This document shows positions 1 through 13,640 of a stretch of 64,000 nt of DNA, one piece after another (positions within the stretch are counted from its first letter, which is position 1; every line of letters starts with the position of its first letter). This DNA comes from the human T2T-CHM13v2.0 reference genome, Homo sapiens: the NCBI RefSeq assembly GCF_009914755.1, contig NC_060925.1; one strand, given 5' to 3'. Under the pieces are notes generated by a model. That model worked only from the letters and a program-made list of their open reading frames with translations, had not been told where the DNA came from and made no database searches. A program made the translations under genes and the position numbers.

Positions 1-1766
1 ATGCCCAGTTGTAGAAGCAAAGAGAAGTAGGCAGCACAAAAGTTGACCAGATCCACACAGCCTAAAACTATAATAGCTTATTCCCAATCTAGATAAGGCT
101 GCTTCTTAAAAGATCCCACCTACATGTTCGCAGACTCCTGGCTCCAGGAGTAAATATCTCTGGAAAATCTACATGTCATGTTTAAGTTCCTTTCCCAATC
201 TTTGCAGATAATCAGAGAGTCACTAGCTGTCAACTAGAAAGCTTGGTGTCTCTCTTCCTGTCTTTCCCACTTTCACCTGGGTACGGAATAGGAGAGAAGA
301 AATTAAGTTTTTGTTTGGTACAATCAATGAATCTCCTAAATCCCTCCAGACTTCATTGCAGCCCTGTCTCTCCCTCCCTAGGTACTGCACAGTCCACTGT
401 AGCCCCTCATTCATATACTCAGAGTCACTCTTCTGGCTGTGGCGAGGACATCCTGTGACATGATGCCTAGAGAGTCTGGAAGAATGTTCTCCAGAACTTT
501 TCCAGCCCTATCCAACAGAATTCTTGGGTGGGAACTTGGAGGCATTGGATATTATCTTTAAATGAAGAGATCAAATTAATAAATTATTTTTAAAATTAAT
601 GTTTATATTTATTTATTGAACACCTATAAAGAGTAAAATTTGTGTAGAAAAGAATAAAACCAGAATGGTCTGAAATGTGTGGAAAAGGTTAAAGGAGAAA
701 TGAGTTTTCTTTATTAGCTATCTCTGTTTCAGAAGACTAGAATGGGAATTTCACTGCTGTGGGAAGGTAAGAAATATTAATAGATAGTGAGGATGTAGAA
801 TTCCTTGACTTCCATTACATGCTTAGGAAGAACAGAAAAACTGTCACATGTGAAAGGATTGCAGAATAAAATCTGAATGTTTTAAAATGAGGACAACTTA
901 CCATACCAGGTGAGCTTCACTCAAGAGAATGACAGAACTCGTGAAGAGCACGCTTGCCTCGAGCCTGGAATATAGCCATTCTGACTACTGTGAGATGATA
1001 TCTCACTGTAGTTTTAATTTGCATTTCTCTGATGATTAGTGATGTGCATTTTTTCATATGTTTGTTGGCCGCTTGTATGTGTTCTTTTGATAAGTGTCTA
1101 GCCATGTCCTTTGCCCATTTTTTAAATAGGGTTATTTGGTTTTGTCTTGTTGATTTAAGTTCCTTATAGAGTCTGGATATTAGTCCTTTGTCAGGTGCAT
1201 AGTTTTCAAATATTTTCTCCCATTCTGTAGGTTGTCTGTTTACTCTGTTGATTATTTCTTTTGCTGTGCAGAAGCTTTTTAAGTCCCATTTGTCAATTTT
1301 CGTTTTTGTTGCATTTGCTTTTGAGGTCTTAGTCATAGGCCAATGTCAAGAAGAGGTTTTCCTAGGTTTTCTTCTAGCATTTTTATGGTTTGACGTCCTA
1401 TATTTAAGTCTGTAAACCATCTGAATTAATTTTTGTATATGGTGGGAGGTAGGGGTCCAGTTTCATTCTTCTGCATTTGGCTAGCCAGTTTTCCCAGCAC
1501 CATTTATTAAATAGGGTATCATTTTCCTCATTGTTTATTTTTGTCAACTTTGTTAAAGATCAGTTGGTTGTAGGTGTGTGACTTTATTTCTGGGTTCTCT
1601 ATTCTTATCCATTGATTCATGTGTCTATTTTTGTGTCGGTACCTTGCTGTTTTTGTTGCTATAGCCTTGTAGTATAGTTTGAAGTTAGGTAATGTGATGC
1701 CTCTGGATTTGTTCTTTTTGCTTTGGATTGCTTGACTATTCGGGCCGTTTTTTGGTTCCATGGGGA

Positions 1767-2065
1767 TTTTTTTTTTTTTTTTTGAGACAGGGTCTCACTC
1801 TGTCACCCAGGCTAGAGTGTAGTGGCATGATCTCGGCTCACTTCAACCTCTGCCTCTGGGTTTAAGTGATTCTCCCACCTCAGCCTCTTGAATTAGCTGG
1901 GACTATAGGTGTGTGCTACCACGCCTGCTAACTTTTGTGTGTTTTGGTAGAGATGGGGTTTCACCGTATTGGCCAGGCTGCCCTTGAACTCCTGACCTCA
2001 AGTGATCCTCCTGCCTCAGCCTCCCAAAGTGCTGGGATTACAGGTGTGAGCCACAATGTCCAGCC
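1767..2065 (-). mobile_element. Alu (antisense) inserted in L1
   Basis: Poly-T, then gagacagggtctcactc...cccaaagtgctgggattacaggtgtgagccac. Confidence 0.95.
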
Positions 2066-2320
2066 CCATAAGAATTTTATAATTTTTTTTTTAAATTCTG
2101 TAAAAAATGACATTGGTAACTTGATAGGAATTGCGTTGAATCTTTAGATTGCTTTGGATAGAATGGTCATTTTAACAATATTGATTCTTCCAGTCCACAA
2201 GCATGGAATGTTTTCCCATTTGTTTGTGTTGTCTATTATTTCTTTCATCAGTGTTTTGTAGTTCTCCCAGTAGAGATCTTTCACCTCCTTGGTTAAATAT
2301 ATTCCTAGGTGTTTTGTTTA

Positions 2321-2322
<2 letters not shown>

Positions 2323-2358
<36 letters not shown>
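2323..2358. repeat. (TG)n microsatellite
   Basis: About 18 TG units. Confidence 0.95.
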
Positions 2359-2359
<1 letters not shown>

Positions 2360-4540
2360 CTATTTTAAATGGGATTAAGTTCTTGACTTGGCTGTCAGCT
2401 TGAGCATTTTTAGTGTATAGAAATGCTACTGATTTTTGTATGCTCATGTTGTAACCTGAAACTTTACTGAACTTGTTTTTCAAGTCTAGGAGTATTTTGG
2501 AGGAATCTTTAGAGGTTTCTAGATGGAGGATCATGTCTTTGGTGAACAGAGATAATTTGACTTCCCTTTTTCCTATTTGGATTGCTTTTATTTCTCCTGA
2601 CTGATTACTCTGGCCAGGATTTCCAGTACTGTGTTGAATAGGAGTGGTGAGAGTGGACATCCTTGTCTTGTTCCAGTTATTAGGGGGAATGCTTCCAACT
2701 TTTGCCTATTCAGTATGATATTGGCTATGGGTTTGTCATAGATGGCTCTTATTATTTTGAGTTATGTTCCTTTGATGCCTGGTTTGTTGAAGGTGTGTAT
2801 CATGCAACGGATGTAACATTTTATTGAGTGCTTTTTCTGCATCTATTGGGATAATAGTATGGTTTTTGTTTTTAATTCTGTTTATGCAGTGAATAGCATT
2901 TTTTCTTTGCGTCTGTTGAACCATCCTTGCATCCTAGGAATAAAGCCCACATGATCATGATGAATTATCTTTTTGATGTGCTGCTGGATTCAGTTTGCTA
3001 GTATTTTGTTGAGAATTTTTGCATCTGTGTTCATCAGGGATATTGGCCTGTAGTTTTCTTTTTTTATTGTGTCCCTGCCAGATTTTGGTATCAGGATGAT
3101 ACTGGTTTCATAGAATGAGTTAGGAATCCCTCATCCCCAATTTTTTGGAATAGTTTTAGTAAGATTGGTACCAGCTCTTCTTTGCACGTCTGGTGGAATT
3201 CAGCTGTAAAATTCTGTCTGGTCCAGGGCTCTTTCAGATTAGTAGAATTTTTATTACTGATTCAATTACATAACTCATTATTGGTCTGTTCAGGATTTCA
3301 ATTTCTTCCTGGTTCAATCTTAAGAAGCTGTGTGCTTCCAGGAATTTAACTATTTCTTCTAGGTTTTTCTAGTTTGTGCGTGTAGAGATGCTCATAGTAG
3401 TCTCTGAGGATCTTTTGTATTTCTGTGATATGAGTTGTAATGTCACCTTTGTAATTTCTGATTGTGCTTATTTGGATCTTTTTTTCCTGGTTAATCTAGC
3501 TAGTGGTCTATCAATCATTCAAATAACCAACTTTTCATTTCATTGATCCTTTGTATTTTTTTTTTTATCTCTGTTTCATTTAGTTCTGCTCTGATCTTAG
3601 TTATTTCTTTCCTTCTCCTAGCTTTGGGTTTTGTTTCTTCTTCTTTTCCTAGTTCTTTAGGTGTGGTATTATGTTGTTAATTTGAGATCTTTCTATCTTT
3701 TCAAGGTAGGTATAGAGTGCTATAAACTTTCCTCTTAACACTGCTTTTCTATATTCCAGAGTTTTTGGCACATTGTGTCTCTACTTTCATTTGTTTCAAT
3801 TTTTTTTTATTTCTGCCTTAATTTTATTGTTTACCCAAAAATGATTCTGTTGTTTAGTTTCCATGTATTTGTGTGGTTTTGAGAGTTCCTCTTGGCATTG
3901 ATTTCTGCTTTTATTCTACTGTTGTCTGAGAAGATACTTGATATAATTTCATTTTTTAAAAAATTTATTGAGACTTGCTTTATGACTGAGTATGTGGTCA
4001 ATCTTAGAGAATGTTCTGTGCACAGATGAGAACAATGTATATTCTGTGGTTGTTGGATAGAGTATTCTATAGACATCTATTAGGTTCATTTGGTCAAGAG
4101 TCCAATTGAAGTCCAAAGTTTCCTTGTTAGGTTTCTGCCTCAGTGATCTGTCTAGTGCTGTCAGTGGGATGTTGAAGTCCTCCACTAGTATAGCATGGCT
4201 GTCTATTTCTTTGCTTAGGTGTAGTTGTATTTGTTTTATAAATTTGGGTGCTTCAATGTTAGGTGCATATATATTTAGGATAGTTAAATCTTCTTGTTGA
4301 ATTGAATGCTTTCTGATTATGTAATGCCCTTCTTTGTCTTTTTTCTTTTTTTAACTCTTGTTGGTTTAGTCTGTTTTACTTGATACAAGAATAGCAACTC
4401 CTGACCTTTCTTGTTTTCCATTTGCATAACAGATCTCTATCACTTTACTTTGAGCCCCTGGGGGCTATAAAATGTAAGATAGGTCTCAAAGGCCATGGAA
4501 AGTTTGATTTTTTTTTTTTCCCAATTTGCCACCCTATGCC

Positions 4541-4880
<340 letters not shown>

Positions 4881-7629
4881 TGAGGTGTTATTTCTGTCAT
4901 AGTGTTAAGCTAGTTGCTTTGTAGACCCAATTATATATTGCTTTATAAGGTGTACGAGCTTTGTAATTACATGTGCTTTTATGGTAGCAAGTACCATCCA
5001 TATTTAGAACTCCTTTGAACATTTATTATAGAGACTATCTGGTGTTAATGAATTCCCTTAGCATTTCTCTGTCTGGGAAAAACTATTTCTCCTTCATTTA
5101 TGAAGCTTAAATTGGCAGAGTATGAAACTTTGACAGGCAGTTTTTTTTTTCTTTTAGGTGGCTAAAAATAGGCCCCAGTTTCTTCTGACTTGTAAGATTT
5201 CCGTTGAAAAGTTTGCTGTTAGTCTGATGGGATTTCCTTTATAGATAATCTGGCCCTTTTCTTCAGCTGCCTTTAAGATTTTTTCTTTCACATTTATCTT
5301 GGGAAGTCTGATGACTGTATGCTTTTCACTGGTTATCTTGTATAGTATCTTGCAGAAGTTGTCCAAATTTCTTGTATCTGAACATCAATCTCTCTTGAAA
5401 GGTTAGGAAAATTCTTTCCTGAATTATTCCTTCAAATATGTTTTCCAGGTTGCTTACTTTTCTTCTTCTCTCTCAGGAATGCCAATAAGTCATAGGTTTG
5501 ATCGCTTTACATAACCCCATAATTCTCAAAAGCTTTGTTCATTTTTAAAAATTCATTTTTCTTTACTTTTGTCTGACTAGGTGAATTTGAAAGACCAACC
5601 TTCAAGCTCTGAAATTCATTCTTCTGCTTGTCTAGTCTATTATTAAAGCTTTCAATGTATTTTGAAATTCCTTTAGTGAATTTTTCAATTATAGAAGTTC
5701 TATTTGTATTTTTCTTAATATAGTTTTCTTGTCTTTCATATTCTGTATTGTTTTTCTGATTTCTTTGCATTGGACTTCAACTTTTTCTTGGATCTCATTG
5801 AGTTCCCTTGCAATCCGTATTTGGAATTCTTATCTGTCATTTCCGACATTTCAGTCTGGCTAGGATCCATTGCTAGAAACTAGTGTGATCCTTTGGAAGT
5901 GTGTAAATACTCTGGGTACACTGGAGTTATTGCACTGATTCTTTCTCATCCGAGGAAGCTGTTGCTTCTTAGTTTTGAATTTGGTATTGTTTGGATGAGG
6001 ATTTTTAATGTTTTTATTCTTTTTTTCCCTTGATGGTATGACTGTGGTGTATGTTGTGTATGATTGTTTGGCTTCATTTCTGGGTGCTTTCAGGGAGCCC
6101 TAGCTTTGTATGGGTTTCTTGGTTGTGGATAGCTTCTGAGCAGTAGCTTTCTCAGATGCTGCTTGTTGTGGTGATGTATTGGAAGTAAAAGCTAACACAC
6201 TAACCCTTGTTGGGGGCTGAGGGTACGGAATTCTCAGGAAACTTATCTCATGGACTAGCACTAAGCCCTTTGGTAGCAGGGTTTTTGAATTCAGTGGTCC
6301 AGTTTAGGATGCAGTCCAGTAGATGGTGCTTAAGAGTCAGGGCTGTTACGTAGGCTGGTGTCCAGTGGAAAAACCTGCCCTGACAGGATGGTGGGAAAGA
6401 GATCATGTCGGGGTGTGCTGAGGTCTCAGGGGAAGGGGCAGAGGTGCACTAGCTCCTCCTCCTGAGTAGGCAAGAATGTGATCCGCTTCCCTATCATGCC
6501 CTGTCACAGAGCTCACAACCTTCATTTTATAAAGACTTTGTCCTTTGGTTCCTGGCTGTGGTGCAGCTGAAGTCTGTGGATATGGCACTCTGACAGCTAC
6601 CACTAAAATGGGGTTTAGGGCAAAGCCTCTTCCCCGAGTCCAGGGCAGGCAACTCCATGGTCTGTCCTCCATTGTCAGGGCACTGCAGCTCTGTATAGGG
6701 AGGGAGAGTTGGGCCCGTCCTTCCTGAAAGCCCAAGCAGCACAGGCTCACTTTCAGCCTGGGTGGTGCCACCATGAATAACGTGCATAATGTTCTCTCCT
6801 GGTGCATACTCACTGGGTCCTGGAGAAAAGAACCACTGCTATGTCTGCAGCCATATACGGGGTAGGGGAGAGATGATCCCTGCTTTTCCTGCTTTTCCAC
6901 TCCTGTTCCTGGGTGTCAATGCTGCCCTCTTCTGCGATTGGTGCCATGCCAGTGTTTTCTTTGTCCCTAGGAGGGCTTTGGGACAGTGAGCAAACAATTG
7001 TTCTGATAAACACAATTTAACCCGCGACCCTTGGCTCGCTCAGGTCGTGGGGTTGGGCCGCCTTTGCGCTTTTCCTTTGGATCTGCCCTTCTTCTGGGTT
7101 TGTTCTCTCGAGCTAGGGGAAGGCCTGGGTCCCCTCTCTTTGGCTCCTCTTGCCGTATCAGAAACCTCACACTCCTTCCTTTTCCAGAGAAGCTTCAGAG
7201 TGCTTTGTTGGGTTTGCTGGAACTCGGCAGGGCGCAAGTATGTGGGGATGCGCGCTGTGAGTCTCTGTTTCCTCCGCTGTGACGGCTCTTCCCGCTCCTG
7301 TAGGAAAAGGCAATGCCCCTTTTGTCTTGTCTATGTGGGACTCCAAAGGGTCCAGACGAGACAGAAAGGGGGCGAATCCTCTCAGAGTGGGCAGGGGAGG
7401 AGATACAATGTGGGAATGGGGCGGTAGAGGGGTGGGATTTCATGAAATTTCCTGATTTAAGGCGATCATGAAGTAGGCCTCTTTGGGAGGTTGGCCCTCC
7501 AGTCGCTGGTAAGGGTAACAGCCCACCAGTCTCTGGTGAGGTCCAGTCGCGTCCCCCGACTGCATTTAGAGCCAAAAGCAGAACGAGGCCGGCGCTGCGG
7601 CCTGGCGTCCAGTGACCCAGCTGTCTGCA

Positions 7630-7699
7630 TATTCCCCAGGGTGCAAGCACTTGGACTTCAGGTGTGAAGGCAATGCGGTCACCACCGCAGTAAGAAAAG
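7630..7699 (-). pseudogene. Highly decayed tRNA-Val(CAC)-like relic
   Basis: Reverse complement cttttcttactgcggtggtgaccgcattgccttcacacctgaagtcc aligns loosely to the Val-CAC 5' half; paralog at 24810. Confidence 0.5.
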
Positions 7700-7732
7700 C
7701 AACTAGGGAAAATGGCACCTTCTTCTCCCAAC

Positions 7733-7789
7733 TTTTTTTTGAGACTCTCGCTCTGTCGTCTAGGCTGGAGTGCAGTGGTGCGATCTTGG
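7733..7789 (-). mobile_element. Short Alu 3' fragment at a deletion junction
   Basis: ttttttttgagactctcgctctgtcgtctaggctggagtgcagtggtgcgatcttgg; no TSD seen. Confidence 0.85.
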
Positions 7790-7863
7790 ATTTGGAAACT
7801 ATAATAGAAACGGCTGATCTAAGATTTTCATGGTTATGTTTTGCCGCGCAGGTTCCGCGTGTG

Positions 7864-7936
7864 GTTTCCGTAGTGTAGTGGTTATCATGTTCGCCTCACA
7901 CGCGAAAGGTCCCCGGTTCGAAACTGGATGGAAACA
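7864..7936 (+). tRNA. tRNA-Val(CAC) variant
   Basis: GTTTCCGTAGTGTAGTGGTTATCATGTTCGCCTCACACGCGAAAGGTCCCCGGTTCGAAACTGGATGGAAACA. Four substitutions versus major Val-CAC, A and B boxes intact, T5 terminator at 7941. Confidence 0.93.
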
Positions 7937-9226
7937 TAGGTTTTTGTTTTTTTTGTTTTTTTTTGTTAGCCCTTAAATTTAGTGAGTTTACTCGAGGTTG
8001 GAAAACAGAAAAATAGTTGAACCTGTGACTACATTTTAGACCTCATCAATCTATACAGATTGTCGACCAGGCTACAATTTCCACTGGTCTGCCAGGAAGA
8101 GGACGTCACAGCAGGCCTGCTTAATATTAACTTTGGTTCCAGCAATTCCTTAAGGTTCTCTTCATTCTCTTTATCGCCTGAATTTTCACAGGCAGACACC
8201 GAAAGTGGATGACATGTTAGCGCATTTCCTAAGGGTCCAGCTTGGCTTCGCTTTACTCTGATACAGTTGCAGATCTGGCTGATTTGCGAGACAACAAAAA
8301 CAAAATGTTTTTTAAAAACGTTCCAAATCTGCATCTGGAACTCATGGAGTCAATATTCCGAAATCACACGAATTATGTACATACATTTGCATGCATACCC
8401 CTTCCCCAAATAATCCTCAGAAAACCGGTAAGCGTCCAAACTACTCTCCGGAGGCTTAGGTAATCAACAATTTAATAAATACAATTGCTAATGTATGGTG
8501 TACAGATCCTGTATTGCCCACCCTTCTCTATTGCTTTGTCCCCGCGCGCCCTCTGTTTTGCCTAAATGGGTTCCAGGCCATAGCCACCGACTCTCGCTTT
8601 GCCTTCTGGCCTCTCGGCAGTGCGCTTCAGCACCATTGCGCCAGGTGACGCTGCTGAGAACAGCTGAGTGGCCGGCACTAGTGCAGCTGGAAGCCAAGGC
8701 CCAGAATTCTCAGGAATCTGCACTTTACCCAGGCGAAAAGCCCAAGGGCTCTCCCCACAGCTTCCCAACATCCCTCTACAGAGTTTTTAAATATTAGACT
8801 TATTAACCTGTAGAGATGGAGAGAATCAAAGAAATCACAAGGTATCTCTGAGGGAAAAAGAAGAGCACCAGCAGTAAATCACTTAAGAGTATTGAACCAG
8901 CAAGCCAGGGATAGGAGAATGGAATGGAAACTGACAGGATGACTGCAGAGGATGGTACTGAGGGTGGATGCGAACCACTACTTACTATTAATATATTGAG
9001 CCAAGCACACTAATGGGGGCATAACCAAAATACTTAATAGGGCACTCTTTTACCCACCATGTGTTTTACAATATAGTTGCTAAAGGATGTATCACCCTAC
9101 TGGTTCTAGAAGCTTCTGGAGCCAAGGAGCCAGAGCATGAGAGCATAAAAATCCTGTCAATTGAAGCCTTGGGCTCTACACTGCTAAGCCTGGCCCAGAG
9201 GCTGGATTGCAAATGCAGGTGCTAGT

Positions 9227-9602
9227 GTAATGGAATGGATGTTTGTGTTCCCTTCATATTATATATTGAAGCCTTAACCCCCAATGTGAAGGTATTTTGG
9301 AGGTAGGGCCTTTGGGAGGTAATCAGGTTTAGATGAGGTCATGACCATGGGATCTCCATGATGAGATCAGTGTCATTATAAGAAACAGAAGAAAGACGAA
9401 AGTGCTCTCTTTCTCTCCACCATGCGAGGACAGAAGGAGAATGTAGCAGTCTGCAAGCCAGGGAGAGAGCCCTCACCAAGGAGGTGAATCCGCTGGCAGT
9501 TTGATCTTGGACTTCTCAGCCTCTCAAACTGTGAGAAAGAAATTCCTCGTGTTTAAGCCACCCAGTCTGTGGTATTTTGTTATGGAAGCCTGAGTTAAGA
9601 CA
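9227..9602 (+). mobile_element. MaLR solo LTR (MLT1A/MST-like)
   Basis: TG...CA ends; gggcctttgggaggtaatcaggtttagatgaggtc and gatcttggacttctcagcctc...aagccacccagtctgtggtattttgtta motifs. Confidence 0.85.
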
Positions 9603-9761
9603 GCTGGTTCACTGGGGAATCCACTGGTGTGAACCTGTGAAAAGTTTGTGACATGTGAAGTAGTTTGCTGCTCCTGGATTTGAGTATTGGCAAGAGCTGT
9701 TAGAATGATGAGCATAGAGTGAAGAAGGGTACAGAGAATATGGTATTAATCATTGTACTGA

Positions 9762-10212
<451 letters not shown>

Positions 10213-11579
10213 AGGAGTCCAGTTTTTTGTCTGCTTATGTTAATGGATGCAAGAGCCGATAGATGGAAAAGTGTGGTAATAAAGTGGCAGTAAGCTTGTG
10301 GAGTATCCAATAAACTTAAACGCTATTTTTTTTGAATTGAACTGAAATTGTTGTGTTATGAAAATGAGAGAGTTTATCCAAAGAAAGATCTGGCTTGGCA
10401 AATAGGATAGATGGTGGTGAGGATAAGTGTGCTAGGCAGGGCTAGAAACAGGTTTTAGTGATCATTGAAACACCCAGGGCAGTGCACTACTCTTTGGGAG
10501 ATGCTGTGCTTGAGTCTGATCATTGGGTTTTGAGGTAGAGGGTGGTACATATTGCTGACAGGGAACTCACCGGTGTGTTGAGTTTTAGCATCTGTGACTC
10601 TGAGATGCATATGAGGCCTTTGTAAATTTAGAAGTTGAGAGTAGAAAGTACAGGTTTGTATTTTAGAAGGAGATTTGGGAATAAATGTAGCTCTGGTTGA
10701 TATAGATAATATGTTAAGGTTTGTTGGCCAGAGCTGGTGTGTGTCTTGGGTGTTGGGCAAAGAACAGAGAACAGTCAAAGCTCTGTGAGGTCAATGTGAA
10801 GGGTGATTTCCTTGTTGGGCTCAAGTTTATGACCCAGCCTGGACCTAGCTTGGCTTCTCAGCTAGAGAAGAAGCATGATTCCATGTCACAACTCCTGTCT
10901 TTGAAAAAGTCATAATGACTCACAGACCCAACATGTGGGGCAAACTCTCTGAATTTTTCTCTTCAGTTTAATCTCTCCAGGGAAAATTGAGAAAAGAAAT
11001 CTCTCTATTTGAACTTCATCAAAAGACTAATATGTTAATATTTTGACCATCAATATTTCCTTAAACTAGTCTACTCCTTACATAGCTAATACATCAAAGC
11101 ATATTAACTTAGGAAATTGGATTCTCTCTAACAATGAAATATTGACTGCAGGCATTATTAATCTTTTTATATCACATTTCCTTTAAATGCTTTATACATC
11201 TTCAAGCAGACAAATAACAGTATTATGGTTACAAGACCGATCATTACTCTTTTGCCAAAAAAACCAGCGACAAAAGACTAACTCAGTGGACCAACCTTTG
11301 TTTCTTCATTATCTCTACCTTGATTCTGTCCTTTTATTTCCTCTTTCCTCTAATTCTAATTCTGCTTCTGCTTCTTATTTCCTCCCTGGATTAGAACTTT
11401 ACTTACCTAAGCTACCAGTTAGGTTACCTTCTCAGAACCACTAAGGCAGCAGTTTGACGTTGACAATTGAAGATTTAGGATTACAAAAAAGAAACATGAA
11501 TGAATTTGTGACGTTTTATTATAGGGGTATGTAATGCAGGTAGAAAGACCTTTTTCAGAGTTAAGAGTTTGATCCGACA

Positions 11580-11715
11580 AATGAGCTATTTTGATATTTA
11601 TAACTTTGTTTAGTAAAAGTTTCCTATAAAAACATTTGGTTTGGATGAATGAGCTATTTTGATATTTATAACTTTGTTTAGTAAAAGTTTCCTATAAAAA
11701 CATTTGGTTTGGATG
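11580..11715. repeat. Perfect 68-bp tandem duplication (2 copies)
   Basis: aatgagctattttg...ggtttggatg at 11580-11647 and 11648-11715. Confidence 0.95.
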
Positions 11716-11816
11716 TCTTTGTTAGCTTTGAGTCGACACTTGAAAAGGCCGCTTGGAAGTTTCTAAGTCTTTCTGGATACTCTTTCCGGTAATTCTCCAA
11801 GGGTTGCTGGGGAGAG

Positions 11817-11887
11817 GCACTGGTGGTTCAGTGGTAGAATTCTCGCCTCACACGCGGGAGACCCGGGTTCAATTCCCGGTCAAGGCA
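11817..11887 (+). tRNA. tRNA-Gly(CCC) body with CAC (Val) anticodon; probable pseudogene
   Basis: GCACTGGTGGTTCAGTGGTAGAATTCTCGCCTCACACGCGGGAGACCCGGGTTCAATTCCCGGTCAAGGCA. Anticodon CAC at 11849-11851, two acceptor-stem mismatches, T7 terminator downstream. Confidence 0.92.
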
Positions 11888-12523
11888 AGAGGTTTTTTTG
11901 CTCTTCACTATGGCTCTTTACCCTTCTGCCCTGCAGAATTACACTGCATAACCTAATAGTGCATTTAAGGGCTTGGCCACCACAAGGTAAACTGACAACA
12001 ACGCTGACCAAAGTAGCAGCAAAAGACATTCAGGAGACTAACCCGGGACCCACGCAGTTGTTGGACTCAACAAACCGCTAAGCAAAGTGGCAAGCACGTA
12101 GTGTTTCTGGTGAGTCACTGCAGTTTTGATATTGGTACCTGTTACTTTCATCTGTTCTCTGGGCGGATTCCTGCAAACCCAAGAACCATCAGTTTCCTGA
12201 TTCGTGTGCTGGACCTTGGGCTTACCGCTGAGCCACTACGGAGAGGAACAAGAAATGAAGCTCCCGGAAGGAGAGAAGCTGCGGGCGGGGCAATCACCTC
12301 GGAGGTCCAAGAGGCCTCAGCGGCCCAAAGAAAGGGGAGGTGTGTGCGGGAGAATCTCAATGGAGATGAGGAGAGCAGCGGTGACTGGTCCTTGCGCAGA
12401 GTGGTCCTTGCACAGAGGTAGCCAATGGACCCTCGAGGCTGTACCCCAGACACCGCGAACCGAATTTGCTAACATCTTCAGCCACCGTGGCCTCCGCGTG
12501 TTTTGTGGGCCCATCGGTGTTCA

Positions 12524-12979
<456 letters not shown>

Positions 12980-13129
12980 TTATGTAGCGGAATGGGGAGA
13001 GAGTAACGGAGAAGCGCATGAAAGAGAGAAAAGCACGAAAATCTGCAGACGTTCGAGAATAAAGCAGAGAAAATAGTATGAGTGTTTTTACATAAAAAAA
13101 TATAAGAAGTACAATGGTTGTCAGCAGGC

Positions 13130-13201
13130 TTTTTGGTCGTGTAGTGGTCAATACTTGCAGCTGTGGTTGCCGCAACCTGGGTTCTAATCTGAGTCACAGT
13201 A
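13130..13201 (+). pseudogene. Decayed tRNA-His(GTG)
   Basis: ggtcgtgtagtggtcaatacttgcagctgtggttgccgcaacctgggttctaatctgagtcacagta is colinear with His-GTG; acceptor stem destroyed. Confidence 0.8.
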
Positions 13202-13640
13202 GTGTTTTCTCTCCTGCGATTGTAGCTAAAAGACCTGTCGTTTGCTTTGCCTTTAATCCTAGCAGCCTCCAGAGAGCGGAGTAAACCGCTGGCCCGGAAG
13301 GGCGCCAGCTTCTGGAGTTTAGCCCACAGTGCGTAAACTAGGGGGCGGCCTGGCCAAAATGAAAACTCGGACATGCTCTTTGTCTCACAATGGAGCAGAA
13401 AAAATTCCCATAGGTGAAGATGCCGCCTCTCAAGGGCCCTTTGTCTGTAGCTTCCACCGATGAAATAATACGGTTATAGTCTCATCTGGTAGAGAAAACG
13501 GCTGTATCAGTGGGATTTTTTAAAAACACAAAACGAGAACGAGCTTTTAATGAGTTTACAATAAAATCTAAACTAGTTGTCATGGTCTACACCGGCTTGC
13601 CTCCATTCCCCATCCCCTAATTTTTATGAGAACAGTAAAT

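Noticed and set aside
8264-8337. Imperfect 15-bp inverted repeat (cagttgcagatctgg / ccaaatctgcatctg)
   Set aside because: Short, 2 mismatches, no TSD or family match; could be chance
11580-11715. CRISPR-like direct repeats
   Set aside because: Only two abutting copies with no spacer; eukaryotic context, no cas genes
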